From a virus: a stretch of DNA of 64,000 nt. The stretch is taken from the IMG/VR virus record IMGVR_UViG_3300035670_000034, positions 64,001 through 128,000 of that record. One strand, written 5' to 3'. The translations under genes and the position numbers were made by a program. The notes beneath the pieces were generated by a model, which saw nothing but the letters and a program-made list of their open reading frames with translations, did not search any database and had not been told where the DNA came from. Positions 47,169-55,026 of this stretch are shown here, piece after piece (within the stretch, counting starts at the first letter, position 1; every line of letters starts with the position of its first letter).

Positions 47169-47336
47169 TTATGACAACGGCTGAACGTCGTGCCTCGTAC
47201 ACCAACCGTCATAGCAGTCGTCGCATAGAAGCACATTTTCCTCATACACGCGTTTGCCATCTTCGGTGGCCCCGGTGGGGGCTAGATTCCAGTGTTCGCC
47301 TAGGTCAACTTCGCACCAGTGGCAGGTTCGGTTCAT
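47169..47336 (-). CDS. 55-aa Cys4 microprotein
   Basis: CHWC...LCDDCYDGWC; ATGA overlap. Confidence 0.7.
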   Translation of the reverse strand: MNRTCHWCEVDLGEHWNLAPTGATEDGKRVYEENVLLCDDCYDGWCTRHDVQPLS

Positions 47337-47737
47337 GACTTACCCTCCCATTTCAACCGCTCATCGCTTCCCTCTTCTGTCCAGAATGGGAACCCGACGA
47401 ACTCGTTAAAGATGCAGAAGTCGTCGTACTCGGTGCTTGGCTCTTCGCCCCACGATGTACCGCCAGTAATACGCAACTCACGATTGCCATCAAGTGTGAT
47501 GCCCGATACGTCACGATTGCCATCACAGCCGTACACAAGGTCTATTGCGTCAGAGATGCGTTCCTTGACACGGCGTTGTAGGTCATCAGACCATTCCTCG
47601 TCGGTAAAGCCGAAGAAACCGCAGTCCTCCATGCGACCCAAGTCAGTTTCGGTGATTACCAAGCGCTCAAGACGCTTACGGCAGTCTTCTATTGACTCCC
47701 GAATCTCAACGGTCGCAAGTATTAGGTCAGCACCCAT
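47333..47737 (-). CDS. Hypothetical protein (MGAD...ITGGTSWGE family)
   Basis: Start just after the upstream stop. Confidence 0.75.
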   Translation of the reverse strand: MGADLILATVEIRESIEDCRKRLERLVITETDLGRMEDCGFFGFTDEEWSDDLQRRVKERISDAIDLVYGCDGNRDVSGITLDGNRELRITGGTSWGEEPSTEYDDFCIFNEFVGFPFWTEEGSDERLKWEGKS

Positions 47738-47738
47738 T

Positions 47739-48020
47739 TCAGATGACTTCCCCATCAACAGTGGTCGTGAGACCGTGAGTGTGTTCGGAATGCATCTGCT
47801 GGTACTCGGGATAGGTGTTCCCAATAATTTCGTGCGGGTTGGACTCTTCGTAGCACTCCAGATTCAAAGAACCATCGTCGTTGAACGATAGGACAACGTT
47901 GTAGATGGTGTCTTTAGTGCCGTTGGAGCGGACGATGTTCACTTCTGCGACGCAGGGAGCATCATCCCAGTCAATAAGCGGAATGTCTGCAATTGGGATG
48001 TTTAGTTCGTGTTTCTTCAT
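47739..48020 (-). CDS. Hypothetical protein
   Basis: Motif-A start (TAAGTT). Confidence 0.8.
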   Translation of the reverse strand: MKKHELNIPIADIPLIDWDDAPCVAEVNIVRSNGTKDTIYNVVLSFNDDGSLNLECYEESNPHEIIGNTYPEYQQMHSEHTHGLTTTVDGEVI

Positions 48021-48047
48021 ACCTGCAACTTACAGGCAATAATTAGT

Positions 48048-48251
48048 TTAAACAACCTCTTGGGTTTCGGCCGTCATCAGGTATAGGCGAATGTCCAGAA
48101 GAAGGTCGGTCATTTCAGACGAAGACACAAGGTCCCTACCCGAAATGTCGGCAATTGCCTTATCCACGAGTTTCAAGGCTTCGCCGATTTCCGGGACCCC
48201 GACACTTGTGCTATCCACTGCGGTGGTGGAAGACTCAACCATGGTATCCAT
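48048..48251 (-). CDS. Hypothetical protein
   Basis: TAAGTT-N6-ATG; motif C inside codons 6-12. Confidence 0.65.
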   Translation of the reverse strand: MDTMVESSTTAVDSTSVGVPEIGEALKLVDKAIADISGRDLVSSSEMTDLLLDIRLYLMTAETQEVV

Positions 48252-48586
48252 TATACAAACTTACACAGTATGGCGTGAGTATCTTCGCCATTCCACTCGA
48301 CATCAAAGCCCTCGTTGCGTAGTGCGGACACGATAATGTGCGCCCCGCCGTTGTCGTGATAAATGTATTGGTAATCATTGCGAGCATTGCCACTATCTCT
48401 GGCAAAGGCAAGGTAATTACCCTGGCCACCATACGTCCATGCAACAGGTGTGCCTGGTTTGTAGTTGGGTTCCATGTCGGCTGCTGCACATGTACGGCAA
48501 CAATCCATGCGATTTAGTTGGGTATAGACCCCAAGTTTTGCCACTGCTCTCCATGCAGCATTCCAGCGTTGTCGCTGAGTTCTCAC
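48251..48586 (-). CDS. DUF6891-like protein
   Basis: MDCCRTCA...GGQG...IVSALRNEGFDVEWNG. Confidence 0.7.
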   Translation of the reverse strand: MRTQRQRWNAAWRAVAKLGVYTQLNRMDCCRTCAAADMEPNYKPGTPVAWTYGGQGNYLAFARDSGNARNDYQYIYHDNGGAHIIVSALRNEGFDVEWNGEDTHAILCKFV

Positions 48587-48861
48587 AGCAGTTCCTCCAA
48601 GGCACTATCCCAATCAGTGTCGTTTTCGCCAAGGGTATTGACGAAGTAGTACATCTTGCTGAACCTCATTGACTGCTTGTGAAAGAAGTTGTAAAGTTCT
48701 TGCGAACCCTCGCCGTACTTATCGCAAAGTTGGGCGAACTCCTCCAGAATGGCGTCCCTCTCCTCTTCGGGAAGGTTGTTGAAAGACTCAACCACTTCGC
48801 TCCAGACCTTCGCCTGATAAGCCTCGTGGAGGAGGTTGATGAATTCGGTGTCGTTTTCCAT
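48583..48861 (-). CDS. Acidic hypothetical protein
   Basis: ATG 7 nt after motif-A -10. Confidence 0.8.
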   Translation of the reverse strand: MENDTEFINLLHEAYQAKVWSEVVESFNNLPEEERDAILEEFAQLCDKYGEGSQELYNFFHKQSMRFSKMYYFVNTLGENDTDWDSALEELL

Positions 48862-49075
48862 GTGTTGCACCTTACAGGCAATAATTACTTATTCCAACCC
48901 CCATGTGCGCATCCGCGCGCCATGGAAGACTCATCCTACAGGCATTAATGGGTTAACGCTCGCGAGCCCCGGATATACCAGACGTGCTGACCGTCACAGA
49001 CATTGCAGGTTGTCAAACTACGTGGCTATCCACTACGGTGGTGGAAGACAGTTATAACCAATAAGGAGAAACCAC

Positions 49076-49471
49076 ATGAAACCACGGCTAGTTAGTACGC
49101 CATCAACAGAAGGGGCGCTGCACACAATTGCATATGCCCGTAATAAAGATGGCCGAATTGACCTTGATGCATACAAGGGCCTAACTGGGACTATTGAATC
49201 AAACAACCTAAAGATTGATGTAAAAATCAACAACGCTCGAGTTCGTTACGGGCATCTCGATTTGAATGTCAGTCCGATGTCCGGGGCTGGCGAGGTATGG
49301 GTTGAGCGAAAGAATATTGAAATCAACAACGACCCTGCGGCCAAGGCCCCCGTGGCAAAGATGAAAACTCGCAAAATTGACGAATCAAAACCGGAAAACG
49401 CGTTTCCGAAGAACGACATCAAGGAAATGATTCGGATGATGATTCAGGAAGAGCGCCAAAAGGCCGTCTAA
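49076..49471 (+). CDS. Hypothetical protein
   Basis: Strong SD TAAGGAG. Confidence 0.8.
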   Translation: MKPRLVSTPSTEGALHTIAYARNKDGRIDLDAYKGLTGTIESNNLKIDVKINNARVRYGHLDLNVSPMSGAGEVWVERKNIEINNDPAAKAPVAKMKTRKIDESKPENAFPKNDIKEMIRMMIQEERQKAV

Positions 49472-49689
49472 TAACGGCCCGGCCGCAAGTCTTCCCGAAG
49501 GTATACCACATCTCCGTCATCTTTGGATTCGATGGCGGAAGATGTGGGAACCTCATCTGTGTCTGCCTTCACAGGGGCCTCTTCTGATAATTCTTCAGAA
49601 CTTTCTTCTTCCGCCGCCGGCTGCGGCTCAAAATGAATTCGCTCAAGTTTTTGGTTGGACCCGAGGGCCCCGTGATTGTTCCCGGCCAT
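49468..49689 (-). CDS. Acidic low-complexity hypothetical protein
   Basis: 73-aa ORF. Confidence 0.45.
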   Translation of the reverse strand: MAGNNHGALGSNQKLERIHFEPQPAAEEESSEELSEEAPVKADTDEVPTSSAIESKDDGDVVYLREDLRPGRY

Positions 49690-49726
49690 GTTGTCTTACC
49701 TCATTATTGCCTGTAACGTGTTTGCC

Positions 49727-50161
49727 ATGCTAAATCTAACAGATGACTACATAGACAGTTTACCTGCGGACACACGACGCATCCCTGATGTTGAGCGTGG
49801 CCTATACGTATTACAGACGTGGCAGAAGAATGGGGCCAGTGGCTCACCTGCTTCATGGCTCAAAAATTACATGATTCGCTCAGAGGGTTTGATGTGGATA
49901 AATCAAAACATCATCCCAAAACTAGGCGTCGCCATCGTGGCCGAGGAAAAGACGGAAAAACGCAAGGACAAGTACGCCAAGTTGGAGAAACTTGCGCTGG
50001 ATAACCTGTATCACGAATTCACGACCCAGCAACTCGCTGATGAGTCGGGGCTCGGCGCACAAACCATTAGCAAGTGGGCAAAGACCACTGGTTACTTCCG
50101 AGTAATAGGGCGTGGCAAGTGGGAAGCCCGCAATCCAAAAGATGACCGCAAAAACGCCTAG
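49727..50161 (+). CDS. Hypothetical protein with probable winged-HTH C-terminus
   Basis: FTTQQLADESGLGAQTISKW; motif-A start. Confidence 0.75.
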   Translation: MLNLTDDYIDSLPADTRRIPDVERGLYVLQTWQKNGASGSPASWLKNYMIRSEGLMWINQNIIPKLGVAIVAEEKTEKRKDKYAKLEKLALDNLYHEFTTQQLADESGLGAQTISKWAKTTGYFRVIGRGKWEARNPKDDRKNA

Positions 50162-50198
50162 GGTTGTCTTAACTCATTATTGCCTGTAAGGTACAAGT

Positions 50199-50921
50199 AT
50201 GACAACTACAAACACCACCACCAAACTCCCCGAGTGCTGGCAAGCACTTGAGGATGTACTTACCAACAACATTGACCGAGTCATCTTGTTTGGTCCCCCA
50301 GGGACAGGCAAGACGTACGCAGGCATGAATTTCGGCAACGTGGGTAACGGCTCGTTCCGCATCACCTGCACCGAGGACATGACCAACCTGAACGTAGACG
50401 GCGCTTTCATGCCGACTAGTGACGGCAAGGCTTTCAAGTGGTATGAGGGTTCTGCTCTTAAGGCATGGCAGGCAGGCGGTCGTCTCGTCGTGGACGAGAT
50501 TGACAAGGCTGGCTCCGACGTGTTCGCCACGCTACTGAACTTCCTTGACTCTCCTGAGTCTGCATCGTGGGAGCATCCTGAGAACGGACAGATTATCCGT
50601 CCCTCCAATGGATTCTCCGCAGTGATGACCACCAACGTTGAGGACATGGACGAATTGCCCGAAGCGTTGGCCGACCGATTCCCTGTTCGGATTCGCATCA
50701 ACCAGCCACATCCCAATGCACTGCGTCGTCTCTCACGAGACCTGCGTGAGGTTGCGGTTAACTACGCCGACGCTGGACGAGACCGAATTTCACTGCGAAC
50801 GTTCATGGCCTTTGACAATCTCCGAAACTCAATGGGCGACGAACGTGCCAGCAAGATTGTCTTTGGGCATCGTGCTGACGGAATCATGGATGCTCTCAGG
50901 GTTAATGCGGTGGCATCGTGA
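50199..50921 (+). CDS. MoxR/CbbQ-NirQ/CobS-like AAA+ ATPase
   Basis: GPPGTGKT; VVDEIDKA; MTTN; LPEALADRF; motif-A start. Confidence 0.9.
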   Translation: MTTTNTTTKLPECWQALEDVLTNNIDRVILFGPPGTGKTYAGMNFGNVGNGSFRITCTEDMTNLNVDGAFMPTSDGKAFKWYEGSALKAWQAGGRLVVDEIDKAGSDVFATLLNFLDSPESASWEHPENGQIIRPSNGFSAVMTTNVEDMDELPEALADRFPVRIRINQPHPNALRRLSRDLREVAVNYADAGRDRISLRTFMAFDNLRNSMGDERASKIVFGHRADGIMDALRVNAVAS

Positions 50922-52471
50922 CCACAAAAACCACGATTGAACCACACGCACTAACACGGCGTGATAGACCGACACTGCGCTGGAGCGTTGAAGAAGTCAT
51001 CGCCAAGCGTGGATACGCCAAGACCGACATCATCGGGCGCAAGATATATGCGCCTGCTGGATTGTCGGAACTTGAGCGTGTCGTACGTGCGCACGAGTTG
51101 ATGCATGCCAGAATCACACCTGCCGAAGAAATTGGTGATTGGATTAAACGTGGCGTTGCGTCAAAAGATTCAATCTATGCAGTTGAAGAAGTGCGTGTTA
51201 ACTACGCAATTCAAAAGGCTGGCTTTGATTTAAACGAACTGACCGACGGCAACGAAGATGCTGACGGCGAACTTGCAGTAATCCAAAACAATTGGGAGGG
51301 TGCCGTTCGTTTTGCGGTCGCTACCGCTGGCACTGCTGGCGGTAAACGATTTCTCGTCGGCGTGCGTCGCCAATCAAAACATTGGGCGAATGCTCTTCAA
51401 CGAATCCAAAAACATATTTGGAAACAAATTGAGGGTGCCGACACTGGTCGTATCGGCCGTAAGCGTGTAGTGAGGGAACCTTTGTTCTCAACCGAGGTAC
51501 ATAAGTACATCGGGCTTGCACCTGCTGGCTTTGCGTGGACCGAGCGTTGGGCTGAGTACCTTGACCGACTTGGTGCGATGCAACCGCCTGAAAAGAATCC
51601 GACCACGGCCAAGAAAACAAAGAAATCAAGCACCGAGGCCGAGGGTAAAGAAGATGAATCCGACAAGTCCGAGTCCGAGTCTGGCGACAAAACTGATTCT
51701 GAAGAATCAACAGAAATTGCCAATAAAGGTTCTGAGGATGACTTTGAAGAACGTATGCGTCGGATGAATCCGCTCTCATACAGCCGTGGTAGCGAAGAGT
51801 GGAGCAAACTCCTATGGGGCAAGACAAAATTGTCTCGTGTCTCAAAGGGTGCTCTTGGCAAGAAGCGCTATGCGATGCAATACGGTCGCAATCCACGACG
51901 CATCGGGCGACTCTACACTGACCCACAACGTCGTGTGTTTGACCACGAGCGTCGTGCCAAGGGTGGAATTGTCCTGATTGACGGTTCTGGCTCTATGGCA
52001 CTTGACCGTGATGACGTTCTCAAGATTCTGCAAGTGGCACCAGGTGCGACTGTCGCAATCTATTCCGACATGGATGAGGGTGAGGGCCGTTTGCCAAACA
52101 TCCACATTCTCGCAAAAGACGGAAAATGTGTTGAGGAAAAAGACATGCCAGATTTTGGCGCTGGCAACGGCGTTGACTTCCCTGCTCTTGATTGGGCGAT
52201 TAAGGAACGCAAGAAGAAGGAACCTGTCGTTTGGGTAACTGATGGCGGTGTGTGCGTTGCCAACAGCGGATTTAATCATTCGCTAGCGGTGCAGTGCATC
52301 AATCACGCCAAGCGCCATAAAGTAATCTGCGTTGACCACGTTGATTCGGCAATCAAACAATTGCAGGCTCTGAACAACGGACAGACTGTCCGAGTCAAGT
52401 ACCCTCAGTACTTCACTCAAGTCATCAACCACTTGGGCGGTATGGACGAAGAACAGGTAGTCAAGAAGTAA
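50918..52471 (+). CDS. vWA-domain partner protein with N-terminal HExxH
   Basis: AHELMH...VEEVRVN; acidic linker; MIDAS LIDGSGSM; WVTDG. Confidence 0.85.
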   Translation: MTTKTTIEPHALTRRDRPTLRWSVEEVIAKRGYAKTDIIGRKIYAPAGLSELERVVRAHELMHARITPAEEIGDWIKRGVASKDSIYAVEEVRVNYAIQKAGFDLNELTDGNEDADGELAVIQNNWEGAVRFAVATAGTAGGKRFLVGVRRQSKHWANALQRIQKHIWKQIEGADTGRIGRKRVVREPLFSTEVHKYIGLAPAGFAWTERWAEYLDRLGAMQPPEKNPTTAKKTKKSSTEAEGKEDESDKSESESGDKTDSEESTEIANKGSEDDFEERMRRMNPLSYSRGSEEWSKLLWGKTKLSRVSKGALGKKRYAMQYGRNPRRIGRLYTDPQRRVFDHERRAKGGIVLIDGSGSMALDRDDVLKILQVAPGATVAIYSDMDEGEGRLPNIHILAKDGKCVEEKDMPDFGAGNGVDFPALDWAIKERKKKEPVVWVTDGGVCVANSGFNHSLAVQCINHAKRHKVICVDHVDSAIKQLQALNNGQTVRVKYPQYFTQVINHLGGMDEEQVVKK

Positions 52472-52640
52472 TGAAGAAGTCAGCCAGCGCACGTTTAGGT
52501 TGGTGTTCACGTGCGCTGGCACCAAAAGACGGTGTCACCGGCAGTGACCCAAGCCAGCAAATATGCTGGCCATGCGTCCTAGCGCACTTCCCGCTGTCGG
52601 TGGCACTGTCTTGCAATTACTAAACGAAAGGAAGACAATC

Positions 52641-52850
52641 ATGAATGGCAAGACTCTTGCAGGAGAGAGACGCGGCCAGGCGGCTCAGCGCAGAAACGTC
52701 AATTTCGCGTTGACGATGTCGCAGTTCGAAGAACTTCAAGACATGGCCATGATGGCGGACATGCAGATATCCGAATACATCAGATACGCGATTTTCGGGG
52801 CCGCCGCTGCCAGGCGGCCGCGCAACCAGAGGAGCGCGCCGCAGCAATGA
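52641..52850 (+). CDS. Ribbon-helix-helix protein
   Basis: RNVNFALTMSQFEELQDMA...ISEYIRYA; SD AAAGGA. Confidence 0.7.
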   Translation: MNGKTLAGERRGQAAQRRNVNFALTMSQFEELQDMAMMADMQISEYIRYAIFGAAAARRPRNQRSAPQQ

Positions 52851-52934
52851 GAAGTTCTAAAAAGTTTTTTTTCTTCTGGTTCACCCAGTTGATGTCGCGC
52901 GTCATTTCACCATACGGTGGTGGAAAGCAACGTC

Positions 52935-53180
52935 CTAACTCCGGCGCATGAACGCGCGGTCCCACACCCGTAGGAAGTTGAATCCCAAAATCAAACTCGT
53001 ACAATTAACCCAAGAAAGTTTCCATGAGATTGCATCGATTGACCAGAAGAGCCGCACCGCCAGGTAGAGGGCCAAAGAATAAACCAGGCTTGAGAACACG
53101 AAGTTCAAGAAACCAGACAAGATTTGCTGTTTTGCCTGTTCCTGGAATTTCCGGAACTCCTCCATCTCCGGATGGCTCAC
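52935..53180 (-). CDS. Small membrane protein
   Basis: Two hydrophobic segments. Confidence 0.7.
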   Translation of the reverse strand: MSHPEMEEFRKFQEQAKQQILSGFLNFVFSSLVYSLALYLAVRLFWSIDAISWKLSWVNCTSLILGFNFLRVWDRAFMRRS

Positions 53181-53557
53181 TGGGAAACCTGAGAATTTTT
53201 GCGAACAATCTGGTGAACGCGTTGGCGAGAAAGTTCAAACTCATCAGCAATAAAGCGAAGAGATTTTCCGCCGCGATGCAAGTCCAATATCTTGGAGTTT
53301 CTGTCGGAGTTCGTAGCCGGCCCTGGGCGCAGCGGGCCCCATTGCCAGTCGCGAATTTGCTCGAGTCGCTGAATCTTTTCCTGGCTCAATTGCCCCTTGC
53401 GGCGACGCTGTCGAAGATACCCAACCCAAGAACCCAGCGGAACGGGGTTGCCATCGACCTCCTCGATGTGATTGGCCGGGACTCGACAGTGGTCTTCCCG
53501 CGCGACGAAGTTATTAAGGGCTGTAATTGTTGTGTTAAAACGGGTAACGTTGTCCAT
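53177..53557 (-). CDS. Helicase-associated (HA) domain + HTH protein
   Basis: F..REDHCRVPANH...LGSWV..LRQ...G.LS.EKI.RLE...WQW; LRFIADEFELSRQRVHQI. Confidence 0.85.
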   Translation of the reverse strand: MDNVTRFNTTITALNNFVAREDHCRVPANHIEEVDGNPVPLGSWVGYLRQRRRKGQLSQEKIQRLEQIRDWQWGPLRPGPATNSDRNSKILDLHRGGKSLRFIADEFELSRQRVHQIVRKNSQVSQ

Positions 53558-53679
53558 GTCGAAGACAATAGCAAATGCATTTAAGCCTCAAGTTGATATT
53601 TTGAAACTTTAATTAGAAATAGTTTTTGACAAACCTTTACGGTGGTGGAAAGCAACTCGTTGAGTGGTACTATCTAGGG

Positions 53680-54063
53680 ATGGAAGACCACGACGAACAA
53701 GATTTGGCTAGATTTGTCGAAAGAGTCAGAGAAGATATGGAGTTTGGGGAAACAGATGGCGGCCCCAATCGAATCATTGCTTCATGCCAAGACGTCGAGT
53801 CGGACATATACCTGCTGATAATGGCCGTGCCGCGCGAGTCCCTGTCCGATGGCGTGGGCCCCGAGTTATTCCAGACACCAGATGAACATAAGTTTCTGGC
53901 CTGCCTAAACGAGGAAGTTCTTTGGGCAAAAGCAGATGAAATAAGTGAAGAAAATATTTTCTACACAAGCCAGGAAAAAAATGACCTGATGGCTGAATTT
54001 ATTGCGGACTTTTTGCCGCCGCTATTCGAGCGCGCTCGAGAAATGATTCCGCTAGATATTTAA
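53680..54063 (+). CDS. Acidic hypothetical protein
   Basis: TACTAT-N6-ATG. Confidence 0.7.
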   Translation: MEDHDEQDLARFVERVREDMEFGETDGGPNRIIASCQDVESDIYLLIMAVPRESLSDGVGPELFQTPDEHKFLACLNEEVLWAKADEISEENIFYTSQEKNDLMAEFIADFLPPLFERAREMIPLDI

Positions 54064-54575
54064 GCGCCTTGGTGGTGGAAAGGTTGGGGACTGCCGCCAG
54101 AAGAACCCAACCACCGAAGAAACACACTTCGTGGCGGCAGCCCCGCTACGCGACCAAGGGGGAAAGGGGGGGAACACCCTGGCCACGCAATTATCGAAAG
54201 TACCACAGAGATTTGTTGTCCCAGTGTAACTTTTAAAAATTTTGTCGAAGTTGCATGTTTTGCCGCCGGGTGCTGCTAGCGTGAGCCCCGTTCCGCGTTT
54301 CGCGTTTCCTCCCTGGGGCAAGGGGCGCGGAACAACAAAATACTTCTGCGCAGGAAGACCAACCATCAAAAACAACACCCAAAACTGGGTGCCGGCGGAG
54401 CCTTGCCAAAAATCAAAAGTTTTAAGCAAAGGTTCCCCCGGACCCCCTCCAAAGTTCAACACTCTAAGAAGTGTTCAATTATGAAGGGCCGTAAAAACAA
54501 CAAAAGAAACTTCGGTTCATTTACGTCCTCTATCTCATACGGTGGTGGAAGACCGAGGTTGCTATAAATACAGAA

Positions 54576-54950
54576 ATGGTGTATCTTGAGGTGATGATGA
54601 CGACTAAGCGTTTCAGACTCACCAAGGCTGAGAAACAAGAAAAAGCCATCTCTGACCGGAAGAAAGAAGAACTCGTTTCTCCCGAAGATATTTTGGCCGT
54701 TTTTAACCACTGGGTCGAAACCCACAAGAAAGACGCGCGCCGCAAACCTGTCCTTGATGCAAAGCGCCGCAGATTGCTAGCCGTTGCCATCTACGACTAC
54801 AGCGTCGATGACTGCATGGCGGCCATAGACGGCTGTGCCAACTCCCACTTCCACATGGGACAGAACAAGCAGGGAAAGGTCTACAACTCCCTGGAACTGA
54901 TATTCCGCTCTGCAGAGTACATCGAGCGATTTATTGGCTACAACGAATGA
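54576..54950 (+). CDS. Putative replication-initiator C-terminal-like protein
   Basis: ILAVFNHW...KRRRLL...YSVDDCMAAIDG...FHMG.N....SLELIFR resembles phage replication protein C-termini. Confidence 0.6.
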   Translation: MVYLEVMMTTKRFRLTKAEKQEKAISDRKKEELVSPEDILAVFNHWVETHKKDARRKPVLDAKRRRLLAVAIYDYSVDDCMAAIDGCANSHFHMGQNKQGKVYNSLELIFRSAEYIERFIGYNE

Positions 54951-55026
54951 GGACCGGGGCTATCGTGGTTGCCATGCTTGCTTTCTACGCAGCACTGGCG
55001 GTGGCGGATAGGAGAAAGGGCCGGCG

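Larger units (their letters stand above)
27036..50192. promoter_or_regulatory. Motif A: about 35 near-identical sigma70-type promoters, (T[T/A/C]G)NNN-17 bp ending CATTATTGCCTG-TAAGGT-N6-ATG (mostly leaderless)
   Basis: -10 hexamer first base on + coordinates. Minus strand: 27036, 29169, 30352, 30977, 31217, 31564, 32048, 33150, 33644, 34122, 35744, 36533, 37204, 37722, 37910, 38630, 39375, 40524, 40924, 41489, 42274, 42519, 43182, 43768, 44391, 44818, 45506, 46359, 47149, 48027, 48869, 48933 (variant). Plus strand: 34177, 49714, 50187. Confidence 0.92.
31332..54550 (+). repeat. Motif C: strand-polarised 21-bp element CTAT-N4-TACGGTGG(T/C)GGAA, 14 copies
   Basis: 31332, 33822, 36681, 38045, 39552, 42662, 43951, 45953, 48211, 49026, 54530 (full); 52913, 53638, 54071 (core only); all on + strand. 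Confidence 0.88.

Noticed and set aside
29169-50192. Motif A as CRISPR repeats or integron attC sites
   Set aside because: Spacers are whole genes, the motif is non-palindromic with -35/-10 geometry, and no integrase is in the window
54563-54570. T4-type late promoter TATAAATA
   Set aside because: Single instance noticed and no phage sigma factor in the window
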